From the IMG/VR virus record IMGVR_UViG_3300028591_000005, positions 32,001-96,000 of that record: a DNA stretch of 64,000 nucleotides; one strand, 5' to 3'. Of the stretch, positions 39,266-49,482 are shown piece by piece. Position numbers and translations under genes: made by a program. The DNA comes from a virus (Duplodnaviria; Caudoviricetes). Position 1 is the stretch's first letter; the number at the start of each line of letters is the position of its first letter. The notes under the pieces are model-generated. The model made no database searches. It was given only the letters and a program-made list of their open reading frames with translations, and was not told where the DNA came from.

Positions 39266-41074
39266 TTAGAACCCCCATAATGTAAGTATATTTTCATCAT
39301 CTTTAATAACTTCATAATCAACCATAATTAGTTGAGGAGTTTTTTGAAAATTATAATCATTTACTACACATTTACATACTGCATTAATTTTACAAGGTTT
39401 AGATTGGAACATTTCAATCTCTTCATCTGTTCCACCAAACTGAATAATATCTGCCTTAGGTCCACAATACTTTAAAGTATTTGATTTCATTACTTTAAAA
39501 GTGTCATTATTTACAGGAATATTCTTTATATAAACATATGAGCGACCTATATTTTGTCCCCAGTAATCATTCATATCTGCAATTTCAAGAATTTTATCTC
39601 CATCTATTGAATTATAGTCCCAAACATAATCTACATAATAACTAGGTTCAGAAGAAAGATTTTCAAATACTTCATCAGTATAATCAATAAATTGATATAT
39701 ATATTCTCCTGCAACTTCTTCGCAACCCGGCAAATCATATCCTAGACCGAGACCAAATGCACCTTGATGTCCTTCTGCGAAAATACAACCGGGGGCCATC
39801 GCGCATATATCTTTAAACATCATATCCGCACCATATCCACGAGCAGAACCTTGATAAGAGATTCTTCCCTCATTATCAACTACTTTTGTTAAGATAGCAA
39901 CAGGACGCTGATACTTAGACATAAATTTATTCGCAATAAGTCCGGCGATATTTTTATCTACCTCTCCAGGTTCAAGTAAAAATAAAAGTACTTTATGATC
40001 CATCATATTATTCTTTTTAATCAAACCCTCAAGATGCTCAAGACCGGCCTCTTCCGCGCGAGTTTGTCTATTTTTAACATTCGTACAAGTTCTAATAGCT
40101 TGATCTACTCTTCGCTCTTGTTCACCTAATTTATGTCCACGTTTATTTGAAGGTATCATTTCAAATGCTTTAAATTGAAGCATAGATTGGAAGATTAATT
40201 CTTTCTCTTCTATTGTTCCGCTTCTTACAATAGCATTAACAAAAGGAACAATAAAAAATGCAGCGCCCATAGGTGAGAACTGAAGTCCATTAATATCAGA
40301 TGGTTTATAGTCTGCTTTTGACAATGGAAAACTATTCTTTTGAGCCATTTCATATATAAAAGGATTTTTAATATTTTTTTCTTTAAATCCTTCAAAAATC
40401 AAAGTTTTTGTTTCTATAGATGTCATTGACATCATATCACCCATGTTACCGAGAGCAACAAGGTCAAGATAATTATTGGCATAATTATTTCCGCCAATTG
40501 AGTCAAGATACCTACAAAATTGCCATGTAACACCAACTCCAGAAAGTTCCTTATTAGGGTAAGTTGAAAGTTGATTATTAATAACAATAGCATCTGATGA
40601 GATATGATCAGCTTCATGGTGATCAAGAACTAGTATATCAATTCCTTTTTTGTTGAGGGAATGGTGTTCATCATAATCGTTACTTGATGAATCAGGAAGA
40701 ATGACCATTTTATATGCTTCTGCGGTAGTTATGCAGTCATGGAGTCCATGGGCCTTATCATCATGAAGAAACCAATGAATATGATTTTCTACAAAAGAAG
40801 GAAAACAATCATGAAGATAGTTAATAAGAAGTGCGGAACTAGTAAATCCATCGCAGTCTGCATCAACTACTATTAATATATCATCATTCGCGGCAACATG
40901 GTTTATAAGCATCCTAGCACCTAAATTAAGAAATCCAGAACCTAATGCTGTAGGATCATTTACATCTGCCATTGTTGACTCTAAATATTTCTTTATATCT
41001 TTAATACCCCTATTATGAAGAACTTGGACAAGGGCTGAATTATATGTTGGTTGTTCTATTAAATGTGCTTTCAT
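39266..41074 (-). CDS. recJ: RecJ-like DHH ssDNA exonuclease
   Basis: DADCDG, LDHH, LSGVGV, GSAR, GHQGAFG. Confidence 0.9.
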   Translation of the reverse strand: MKAHLIEQPTYNSALVQVLHNRGIKDIKKYLESTMADVNDPTALGSGFLNLGARMLINHVAANDDILIVVDADCDGFTSSALLINYLHDCFPSFVENHIHWFLHDDKAHGLHDCITTAEAYKMVILPDSSSNDYDEHHSLNKKGIDILVLDHHEADHISSDAIVINNQLSTYPNKELSGVGVTWQFCRYLDSIGGNNYANNYLDLVALGNMGDMMSMTSIETKTLIFEGFKEKNIKNPFIYEMAQKNSFPLSKADYKPSDINGLQFSPMGAAFFIVPFVNAIVRSGTIEEKELIFQSMLQFKAFEMIPSNKRGHKLGEQERRVDQAIRTCTNVKNRQTRAEEAGLEHLEGLIKKNNMMDHKVLLFLLEPGEVDKNIAGLIANKFMSKYQRPVAILTKVVDNEGRISYQGSARGYGADMMFKDICAMAPGCIFAEGHQGAFGLGLGYDLPGCEEVAGEYIYQFIDYTDEVFENLSSEPSYYVDYVWDYNSIDGDKILEIADMNDYWGQNIGRSYVYIKNIPVNNDTFKVMKSNTLKYCGPKADIIQFGGTDEEIEMFQSKPCKINAVCKCVVNDYNFQKTPQLIMVDYEVIKDDENILTLWGF

Positions 41075-42174
41075 TAATAAATACTCACTCTCTTTTTAAA
41101 TAATTCTAAAAATATATCTTTACCACAATCAGTTGGAGATGACTTGAATCCAGTCAATCCTTCTTTATCCCAGATAAAAGATATTGTTACATAGCTACCA
41201 TATTTCTTATATATATTTTTTAAATTCTTTATTTTCTTCGCAGCATCATCATCATTTACATCTCTGAAATCATGATCTAATCCTACGATAATTTCATCAA
41301 CACCTAAGTTTATAAGAAGCCAAGCTTGATAATTTATAAACGAGCTTCCGCAAATTGCAACTGCTATGTTATTCTCTTGTCCAAACATTGTTGCATATTG
41401 CATAACTGATTTCTCAGATTCAAGAACGATTGCTTTTTTGAATTGTTTTATATGTTCTTGATTTTGATATAATCCATATAAATTAAAAGAAAGAGGATGA
41501 TTATACATTTTCCTTCCTATTTTCATAGGAAGATATTTTCCATATAATTCTGCATTCTCTTGTATAAGAGTTCGTTCTCTTACTCCTACTAATCTACCAT
41601 GCATATCTCTATGTGGAATTACTATGCCTTGATTCTTTGGGTCAAAGCATATTTCATAGTAATCCATGACATCTTGAGATATGTTGTCTTCTATCCATGG
41701 CAAAATTAAAGGATGCGGAAGATTTTTTAAAAATCCATCTTCATATTCTTTTAATTCAACAATTTGAGTTTCTAATTCTATATCTTTAATTCTACCAAAA
41801 TTTTCAATATAAAGCAAGTCTTCATCTCTTGACTGGCTTTGATCAAAATTATTAACAGGATTAAAACCAAAATATTTTGCAACAAAATCTATTGCTTGCG
41901 GGAGCTGGTATTCGCTGCCTAACTCTCGTGCTTTGACTTTTCGAACTAGTTCAAAAATATCAAAGGATTCACCACATTCTGTAAAGCAGTGAAACAAATG
42001 AGAATTATCATAATAATATAACTTATGACTATCACCACCATGACAAATAGTTCTAGATATAAGAATATTATTCTGGATATATGGATCTCCGCCCAACTCC
42101 GCAACCAATTCTTTTACTTGCAGAATATCAAGATTATTTTTTATTTCATCCTTATTGTAATCATAAATTGGCAT
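41074..42174 (-). CDS. dnaG: DNA primase (TOPRIM)
   Basis: CH..HC.TEC Zn motif, IVIPH, ESEKS, DHD; adjacent to helicase. Confidence 0.8.
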   Translation of the reverse strand: MPIYDYNKDEIKNNLDILQVKELVAELGGDPYIQNNILISRTICHGGDSHKLYYYDNSHLFHCFTECGESFDIFELVRKVKARELGSEYQLPQAIDFVAKYFGFNPVNNFDQSQSRDEDLLYIENFGRIKDIELETQIVELKEYEDGFLKNLPHPLILPWIEDNISQDVMDYYEICFDPKNQGIVIPHRDMHGRLVGVRERTLIQENAELYGKYLPMKIGRKMYNHPLSFNLYGLYQNQEHIKQFKKAIVLESEKSVMQYATMFGQENNIAVAICGSSFINYQAWLLINLGVDEIIVGLDHDFRDVNDDDAAKKIKNLKNIYKKYGSYVTISFIWDKEGLTGFKSSPTDCGKDIFLELFKKRVSIY

Positions 42175-42213
42175 CTGTAAAGAACTCCTAGTTAACTGTA
42201 GCTAAATAAAAAG

Positions 42214-43755
42214 TTAAAAAGCGGATTCATCTTCGACTTTGATTTTTAACAAAGGCAAATCGATCACGTTATAAGCCCAATCTGTTACAAATATACCATC
42301 AAAAGTACAAGTACCTGTATTTGTTACCATCCAAATATAAATACCTTTTTGTTTATTTCCTCTATTTTTATAGACACTTTGTTTAACATTAGGAATAGGT
42401 AAACCATTCTTATTGCAAAATGGAGTTATCTTTTCCAAATCTTCTTTTCTAACTTCAAGAAGAATACTACCAAAGTCAATTCTATCTGCAATTGCTTTAG
42501 AACCTCTTAAGAGATTCTGGTCCGGAGTTTCTGACGTCTGATAATCTGCATTAAGCTGAGTGCTTGAAAGAATAAATACTCCTTGCTGTACAGTAATATC
42601 CTTTAATTTTGACGACATAAGGAAAAGGATATTATCTTCGCGGAGATTTTTTACTCCACTTTTTCCGCCAATTTCAGTTAATATTTTTGCAGATGAATGA
42701 ATATAATCAAAGAATACATATTGAACTTTATGTTCTCTAATATATTTCTTAATTATAGTTTCAATGTCTTCCATTGAGAAATCAGGTATACATATAAAGT
42801 ATATTTTACTTTGCTTTAATAATATTTTCGCTTTCTCAATACGTTCCCATTCTCCAGCATAGTAATCATGCATTAAGATATGGTCTTCTTCAACTCCTGC
42901 TATATTCGCAATAGCTGATACCTGGATTTCATCAAGGTCTTGCTCTGTTGCAATAAATAAAGTTGATTGAGGTGCGCCTAAAGTCTTCCATTTATTTTCT
43001 TTAATATCATATCTTTGTGAACAACCAATTGTGATTGCATCACTTATCATATTTCTTGTTTTTCCTACATTAGTTGCCGCAGATCTAAGATAAAACTTGC
43101 TTAATCTTGCACCACGTGTAACAGTTGTAAGATATATATCAGATAGAGGATAACCGACAGCAGGTACTTCGGCAAAGGAATCAATAAGCGAGTCAATTCC
43201 GTCACCTACCTGACATCCATCATCAGCAACATCCTCTACAAATTTCATTTTAATTTCATCAATCTTATCATTAATTTTATTATAAATATCTGATAAGGTT
43301 GCCGCATCAAGCCAATCTTCTTGCTCTTGCTTTCTTTTTACATTAAGAATTTCATTAGGATCATATATATCAGCAAGATCCATTCCTAAATTTTCATATG
43401 CACGAAGAAGTGTCATCTTCTTCATTCTTTTATAATAATAATTGAAAGTATTTGGATTGGCGATTTCCGCACTCTTAAGTAAAAATTGCTGACCATTTTG
43501 TGCTTTATATGTAGCAAGCATCTTTGGTCTTTGAGTTAAATAATCTTCAATTGCGGGAAGTGTTATTTCCTTAGCTCCGAGTTGCCAAAGATTATATATG
43601 CAACCAAATACTATTTTATGAAAATCATCATAAAAATCTTCGCTGTTAAATTTATACTCGTCATCTTTTTCAAATAATTTAGGATTTTTATATACGCATC
43701 CAATCACCTGGACAAGGTTTGATATTTCAGCATATTTACTACTCTTCATCTTCAA
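42214..43755 (-). CDS. dnaB: Replicative DnaB-like helicase
   Basis: SAATNVGKT Walker A, IATEQ, FFDYI, STQLN, LRGSKAIAD, KNR. Confidence 0.85.
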   Translation of the reverse strand: MKMKSSKYAEISNLVQVIGCVYKNPKLFEKDDEYKFNSEDFYDDFHKIVFGCIYNLWQLGAKEITLPAIEDYLTQRPKMLATYKAQNGQQFLLKSAEIANPNTFNYYYKRMKKMTLLRAYENLGMDLADIYDPNEILNVKRKQEQEDWLDAATLSDIYNKINDKIDEIKMKFVEDVADDGCQVGDGIDSLIDSFAEVPAVGYPLSDIYLTTVTRGARLSKFYLRSAATNVGKTRNMISDAITIGCSQRYDIKENKWKTLGAPQSTLFIATEQDLDEIQVSAIANIAGVEEDHILMHDYYAGEWERIEKAKILLKQSKIYFICIPDFSMEDIETIIKKYIREHKVQYVFFDYIHSSAKILTEIGGKSGVKNLREDNILFLMSSKLKDITVQQGVFILSSTQLNADYQTSETPDQNLLRGSKAIADRIDFGSILLEVRKEDLEKITPFCNKNGLPIPNVKQSVYKNRGNKQKGIYIWMVTNTGTCTFDGIFVTDWAYNVIDLPLLKIKVEDESAF

Positions 43756-44257
43756 ATTCTCCTAAATCAAATAATTTTCTTTTAGTTCCGCGTTTCTGCG
43801 GTGGTTTTATAATGATTTCTTTTATCTGCGTTAATAAACTTTTATCTTTATTTGCTTGTTGAGCCATAAATAAATTATAGTAATAATTATAAGCATCTTG
43901 ATAACAATATTCAATAATACCAATGCCACCATTGGTTTTGTCAATTGAATTATGCTTTACATCAAAGAAATATACAAGTGATTTTAACATACCACTATAA
44001 CTATACCCATTTGTTTCTTTGAATTTTTTTATTTGCTTATTTATTAATGCCCAATTTGCTTTATCACCAAATAATTGATTAATATAATCTTTTAATTTTT
44101 GCAATTCAGGATCAGCCTTTTCACCTAGTGGTACAAGTTCTCCGCTAGGCTCGCACTTATAATGAGCATATCTGCGGGCACCATGCTTTACCGCTTGTAT
44201 AACATTTGTGTCGAAAGTTTCTCCACATATCGCACACTTAACTAGATGTTTTGCCAT
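43739..44257 (-). CDS. Zn-binding protein coupled to helicase (possible loader)
   Basis: CAIC...HYKC; overlaps dnaB start. Confidence 0.5.
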   Translation of the reverse strand: MAKHLVKCAICGETFDTNVIQAVKHGARRYAHYKCEPSGELVPLGEKADPELQKLKDYINQLFGDKANWALINKQIKKFKETNGYSYSGMLKSLVYFFDVKHNSIDKTNGGIGIIEYCYQDAYNYYYNLFMAQQANKDKSLLTQIKEIIIKPPQKRGTKRKLFDLGEFEDEE

Positions 44258-44408
44258 CCTTATTTAGCTCCTCTCCGCACCAAGGACAATATTTTATTCC
44301 ATAAATTCTATAATCTGGATCATCACATTCAGTTTCTTTTATCTCAAAATACCATTCTCTAGTTAAGGGATACCACCAGCACTTAGGATGATTACATTTT
44401 TCTTTCAT
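44238..44408 (-). CDS. Small Zn-ribbon protein (not in ORF track)
   Basis: 56 aa MKEKCNHPKC...IKYCPWCGEEL..., GAGG RBS, promoter at 44440-44468. Confidence 0.65.
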   Translation of the reverse strand: MKEKCNHPKCWWYPLTREWYFEIKETECDDPDYRIYGIKYCPWCGEELNKDGKTSS

Positions 44409-44502
44409 AAAATATTACCTCTTTTTATTATATATAAATATTATATCATATTTTTTTAAAAAAGTAAAGTGGGAAGCGTATTAATCGCTTCCCACATTTT
44501 TT

Positions 44503-45531
44503 TTATGCCTTAACTAAATCCTTTAATTCAGTAACAACAAGGTCAATTGCTTCAACCTGATCTCTTGTTGCATCTTTAATTTTCTTTCCTTTGCCGAGAT
44601 ACTTTTCAATGCACTGAGTAATTCTAGGCTGCCAATATTCTGCAAATTTCTTTCCTTCTTCTGTTTCACCAAGAGAATCTGAAGAACCGGGAATATTTGC
44701 AATAATACTAGTAAACTCTCCCATAAGCTGATCAAAATCAAGAGTAGAAGTAGTATCAATATGGACATTTTCTCTCTTGTCAGTAAAGAGTTCTGCTCCA
44801 TCTTCTTCCATCTGCTTATCAAGAGCATCACCAATTGCCTTTACAAGATTATCATAACTTAAATCTATATAATCGGGAGTATACTTAAAACGGGAACCAG
44901 CTTCATATCTTGAAGTTCCACGCATAAACATAACTACCTTTTCTTTTCCATCATCGCCAGGAACTGAACGAGTATAACCTATAATATCACACATTCTCGC
45001 AAGAACATTATTTGCTCTCTTATCAAGAGTAGGTACAATTTTATTAAACTCAGTTCCATTTTCATTCTTAAAAGTTTTATCTGTTTCATGAGAAATAATA
45101 ACAAGACCATATCCCATCTGAACAATTTGGCGAAGGCACTCGTCGAATTCTTTTTCAACTAAGCCATATCCCTTACCATAAGGAATATCTCCTACTGCAT
45201 CTACGTTATTATTATTACAGATATACTTTGTACAATAATCATATGCAATATCCGCTGTATCAACGATTATTGTTTCAAACATTTCTTTTGCTTTATCTTC
45301 CTTAAGCTGTCTAAGCACCTGTCTAAACTCACTCCATGAATTAATAGGCTGGGCCATTGCTCCTGGAATTGCTGAATAACCCTTTTCAAAAGCTAAAAGA
45401 AAATGCTTAGGGAACTTAACTGCGGTAGTTGTCTTACCGGTCTTCCATCCGCCATAAAGGAAGACACTATATCCGCGCATGTCTCGACTCACCTGATGAG
45501 GTTGTACACTAAAAATATCAATTGAACCCAT
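44503..45531 (-). CDS. AAA_24/Sak4-like ATPase (recombination)
   Basis: YGGWKTGKTT, IIVDT, IISH; next to SSB-like gene. Confidence 0.75.
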   Translation of the reverse strand: MGSIDIFSVQPHQVSRDMRGYSVFLYGGWKTGKTTTAVKFPKHFLLAFEKGYSAIPGAMAQPINSWSEFRQVLRQLKEDKAKEMFETIIVDTADIAYDYCTKYICNNNNVDAVGDIPYGKGYGLVEKEFDECLRQIVQMGYGLVIISHETDKTFKNENGTEFNKIVPTLDKRANNVLARMCDIIGYTRSVPGDDGKEKVVMFMRGTSRYEAGSRFKYTPDYIDLSYDNLVKAIGDALDKQMEEDGAELFTDKRENVHIDTTSTLDFDQLMGEFTSIIANIPGSSDSLGETEEGKKFAEYWQPRITQCIEKYLGKGKKIKDATRDQVEAIDLVVTELKDLVKA

Positions 45532-45665
45532 AATCCAAAATTCCTTTCAAAAATTTCTAAACTCTATTTTTATTTTCATTTTTCGAGCGTCTGCGTTCCA
45601 AGCTCAATTATTTCTATATAAACTGAAAAGGAGGAGCAAAAGCTCCTCCCTCATTATTATTTATA

Positions 45666-46616
45666 TTAGAAATTAAAGCCGCCTGCTGCAGCGGTAGCAG
45701 TTGATGCTGAAGGAGTTGCAGCAGCTGCCTTAGATGCCTGATATTCATCCTGTCTCTTCTTAATATCAGCAAGATAAACCTCACGATCAGCCATAGCCTG
45801 CTTGATATCTTCCTCAGTAATTCCGTTCTCAGCATCACCAATCTCGTAAGTCTCCTTTGCAGTTCCAGTGATGACCCACTCTTTAAGAGTTCTTGTATAC
45901 TCCTTAACAGCAGCCTCACCAAATGCGGATTCCTCTTCTCTTCTTGTTACGATAGTCTGGCTCTCAATGTTTCCCCAAACCTTGGTAAATACAAGATTCT
46001 TAGGAGATGCATCAAAGCTCTCAAAATACTTAATTCCACCACTATTCTTAACAACAAGTTCAACAGGAAGAATTGCATTTCTAAAATTGAATACAGCTCC
46101 CTTAACTATAAGATAATCTGCATCAATATTCTTCTCAGGATCTGCCTCAATAAGACGAGTTCCATTAATAAGCATATCAAATTCAAACTTACTTCTTGCA
46201 GATTCTTCATCAAGCTTTGTAACTACAGTTACGAAACCACCATCATTTCTCTTTGCAGAAACAAGTGTTTCCTCACCATCACGATTGCTATAAAAATCAT
46301 TAAGACCAAGTGCAGTATCAACCTTAACCATGGTTGCATTATCGAAACCATCATTTACGACAGTCTTATACTTGCCCTCAACAATACCCTTGAGTACATT
46401 AAAAGTTGCATTTACAGTTCCCTTTGAAGTGGTAGCAGTTACATAAGTAAAATTAATAGTAACTACATTAAGTCCCTTATCATCTGTTGCAATATCAAGT
46501 GTTCCACCGATATACTCAGTTCCAGGATGCTTTGATCCTTCTCCGGTAACCTTAATTGCAAGATCATGATTATAAATTCTTCCACTTACTCTCTCTCTGT
46601 TAATAGCCTTCTTCAT
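45666..46616 (-). CDS. Putative single-stranded DNA-binding protein
   Basis: 316 aa beta-rich, Ala-rich linker and aromatic C-terminus (GGFNF), strong codon bias, position by Sak4-like gene. Confidence 0.55.
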   Translation of the reverse strand: MKKAINRERVSGRIYNHDLAIKVTGEGSKHPGTEYIGGTLDIATDDKGLNVVTINFTYVTATTSKGTVNATFNVLKGIVEGKYKTVVNDGFDNATMVKVDTALGLNDFYSNRDGEETLVSAKRNDGGFVTVVTKLDEESARSKFEFDMLINGTRLIEADPEKNIDADYLIVKGAVFNFRNAILPVELVVKNSGGIKYFESFDASPKNLVFTKVWGNIESQTIVTRREEESAFGEAAVKEYTRTLKEWVITGTAKETYEIGDAENGITEEDIKQAMADREVYLADIKKRQDEYQASKAAAATPSASTATAAAGGFNF

Positions 46617-46686
46617 TTTAAACTCTCCTTAAAAAAATATTAATTTAATTTCTATAATAATATTATAACAAAAAATTTCAAAAATG

Positions 46687-47058
46687 TCAAGTTTCATCAG
46701 GATTTACGGTAACGCCCTTATCTGTAAGGCTATAAACTACAGGATTTTCACCCATCTTCTCCGCATAACCATCTGAAACTAACTTTCTTAAAGCACCAGA
46801 TGCGGTTCTTGAAGAAATTCCAAGTCCTTCACCAATATCTTTTGCTTTAAAAAGATTATTATATGTCTCCTTGTTATCCTGCATATACTTGAGTACTATA
46901 ATTCCATTAGGCGTAAATGCAGGCTTCTCCTTATCTCCAGTTGCGTTAAGTCCATTCCAATAATCAAGAGCATCAGAAGAAAACCATTCTTCTACTGAAT
47001 TTCCTGTTTTTTCAATAGCTCTTTTTACTTCATTAATAAAACATTCTTTCTTGCTCAT
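46687..47058 (-). CDS. Winged-helix DNA-binding protein
   Basis: 'AKDIGEGLGISSRTASGALRKLVSDGYAEK...YSLTDKG'. Confidence 0.75.
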   Translation of the reverse strand: MSKKECFINEVKRAIEKTGNSVEEWFSSDALDYWNGLNATGDKEKPAFTPNGIIVLKYMQDNKETYNNLFKAKDIGEGLGISSRTASGALRKLVSDGYAEKMGENPVVYSLTDKGVTVNPDET

Positions 47059-47129
47059 TATAATCTCCTTGAAAAATAAAATATTATTTTTTTACTATAT
47101 AATAATTATATCATAATTTTTGTAAAATT

Positions 47130-47831
47130 TCAAGTTTGATTATAAAACAAGAATTCTTCCGCATATGGGAGAGTTTTGCACCAATCCACAAACTGATGCC
47201 ATTCTGTTAATTTATGAGAACTTCTCCAGTGAATTATATTGCGGAGAACAGCATAATCCGCAGTCCAAGTTCTTGTTTGAAGCCAAGATTCTGGAAGCCA
47301 ACGAATAAGCTCTTTCCAATATCTTCTATCTTTTGTTTCAAGATATTTTAAACGAAGTTCTTCACAATATTTTATAATATTCTCAAAGCCATAATTAAGT
47401 GGCTGTCCATTTAATTCCATCCATTCATTAAGATCATCTGTTTCAAAACAATCAAGAGTGATTGGTGTACTAGCTAACTTATGCATAGTTGAAGTAGAAT
47501 TAGCTGTAGTTCCAACTTTGTAAGTATCTAGCTCCTTCCAAAAATATAATGGAGCTGTTATATCTACACTTACAAAAATTTGACGAAGAAACTTATCATT
47601 AGGACTTCCCGCTTTAATCATTCTCTGCGCGAGGTTCATATCATTAGGACCAATACCTAAAAACGTACAATCTTTAGAATTTATATCTAAAGCCTGATGA
47701 AAGCATTTATTCTCATTTTCTTCAGTATCTTCATACCACATTGTATCGCCTTTAGCATAGCTTTCCATAGGATGTCGGAGGCCGTGCATCGCATTTTCCC
47801 AATTCCCTGTCCAACTTCTTTCAAATTTCAT
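47130..47831 (-). CDS. Divergent ThyX-like protein
   Basis: 'KFLRQI.V...I.AP', 'LPES...R', 'R..HKL.EW' resemble the ThyX scaffold; canonical RHR motif absent. Confidence 0.5.
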   Translation of the reverse strand: MKFERSWTGNWENAMHGLRHPMESYAKGDTMWYEDTEENENKCFHQALDINSKDCTFLGIGPNDMNLAQRMIKAGSPNDKFLRQIFVSVDITAPLYFWKELDTYKVGTTANSTSTMHKLASTPITLDCFETDDLNEWMELNGQPLNYGFENIIKYCEELRLKYLETKDRRYWKELIRWLPESWLQTRTWTADYAVLRNIIHWRSSHKLTEWHQFVDWCKTLPYAEEFLFYNQT

Positions 47832-48475
47832 TATATTACCTCTTTAGCAATTTCATCTACGAAACCTTTTTCTATTCCATCTTCCGCCGTATACCAAACA
47901 TCATCTTTCTTAATATCACTATACTCTTCTTCTGTTATTAAACTGTTCTCAATAACAATATCTTTAAGTTGTTTTAATTGACGCTTATAAAAGGCAGTAT
48001 AATTTTCAAATTGCGATGCAGTACCGCCATTTGATGTTGCTCCTTCATGGAATAAGAATGATGCATGAGGATATGCGATTCTCTTATGTCCACAAACAAA
48101 AGCAAAGAACCCACCTGAATAAGCACATCCAATACATATTGTCCAAATAGGTGTTTGAGACATCTTTATAGAATCAATAATAGTAAAAGTATCTGTAAGA
48201 TATCCGCCATTTGAATCAATATATATTTTGATGGGTTTTCTTTCTTCTATTGGAATATTATGTTTTTTATCATAATCATTCCAAAATTTAATATATCCGC
48301 TAATAGAAGAACCAACTCCATCATCTATATCATAAAGATATACTTCTCTATTAAGAGCACCATCAAGGTTAATTATATCTTCAAAATTTTTAGTATCTTC
48401 CTTTATATTTTGAGGAAGCTGTTTCATTAAATCTTCGAGGTCTATTTCAATATTATCAATGATACTATTTGACAT
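47831..48475 (-). CDS. clpP: ClpP-like serine protease
   Basis: IYIDSNGG, AYSGG (Ser), FLFHE (His), D.W.TAE...GFVDEI. Confidence 0.8.
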   Translation of the reverse strand: MSNSIIDNIEIDLEDLMKQLPQNIKEDTKNFEDIINLDGALNREVYLYDIDDGVGSSISGYIKFWNDYDKKHNIPIEERKPIKIYIDSNGGYLTDTFTIIDSIKMSQTPIWTICIGCAYSGGFFAFVCGHKRIAYPHASFLFHEGATSNGGTASQFENYTAFYKRQLKQLKDIVIENSLITEEEYSDIKKDDVWYTAEDGIEKGFVDEIAKEVI

Positions 48476-48489
48476 AAGCCCCTCCTTTA

Positions 48490-49434
48490 TTATTTATTTC
48501 CACGATTTGAATTATATCCAAATTCATATGAATTATATAAATTTATATAATACTTTTCTTTTTCGTTTAATTGTTCTCTAGGGCATTCCTCAAGAACTTC
48601 AAAAGCAAAATTCCAAATACCATCTTCTTGCATTGCTTTATAAAGTTTATTACCTGCGGGAGTATCTATTCCAAGACCGCATTTCACATGATCAGTCCAG
48701 CGATCTTTGATGCTAACTGCTTGTCCAATATAGCACTCTTTTGTTTTAATATTAGTAATCTTATAAATACCTGTCTTATCACTAATACCCACGACATTAG
48801 CAGAAAGTGACTTTAATGGTTTTTGGAACCAGGTCTGCCAGATTAACATACTAAGTACTCGTGGTTTATTCAATGAAGGTTTAAGATTTTCTAACTTTGC
48901 TATATCAGATTTATCTGCATCAGATATTGGAACACAATAGAAAGAAATATTATTTTCAAGTTCTTTTTCTCTTCTTTGTGCTTCAATTGCGGCGGCCCGT
49001 GTTGAGCGGATTTTATCTAGATCTGCACGACACTCATCTGCTTCCCGCATTAATTTAAGTTGGAGATTAGAATATGCAGTATTAAGAGCATCTATCTCCA
49101 TATCATGCTCTTCTTCTGCTTCTTTATACTGATTCTCAAGTACACTTACATAATTTTCAAAAGCTTCTTGAGATAATCTTTTTTGATTTTCAAAAGAATT
49201 TGATAATTCTTTTTGTATTGTATTTAAATGTTCCTTTTTATTATCAATTTCTCTTTGCAAAGCATCAGAGTTTGATTTTTCAAGGGCAATATTTTTTTGT
49301 AATGTATTATATGTATTTTGTAATTCTTCATTCTGTATTTTTATTTCATTATCATATTGTAATTTATGAGTTATACAATAAACAGAAATAATAATACAAA
49401 GAATTACAATTATTATTAAAATAATATCAATCAT
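48490..49434 (-). CDS. Membrane-anchored coiled-coil GIY-YIG nuclease
   Basis: N-terminal TM helix, ~130 aa coiled coil, C-terminal GIYKITN...YIGQA...GYN. Confidence 0.75.
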   Translation of the reverse strand: MIDIILIIIVILCIIISVYCITHKLQYDNEIKIQNEELQNTYNTLQKNIALEKSNSDALQREIDNKKEHLNTIQKELSNSFENQKRLSQEAFENYVSVLENQYKEAEEEHDMEIDALNTAYSNLQLKLMREADECRADLDKIRSTRAAAIEAQRREKELENNISFYCVPISDADKSDIAKLENLKPSLNKPRVLSMLIWQTWFQKPLKSLSANVVGISDKTGIYKITNIKTKECYIGQAVSIKDRWTDHVKCGLGIDTPAGNKLYKAMQEDGIWNFAFEVLEECPREQLNEKEKYYINLYNSYEFGYNSNRGNK

Positions 49435-49482
49435 AATAATAAAAAAATGGCTGAGTTCTTATAAAGAACTCAGCCTTTATTA

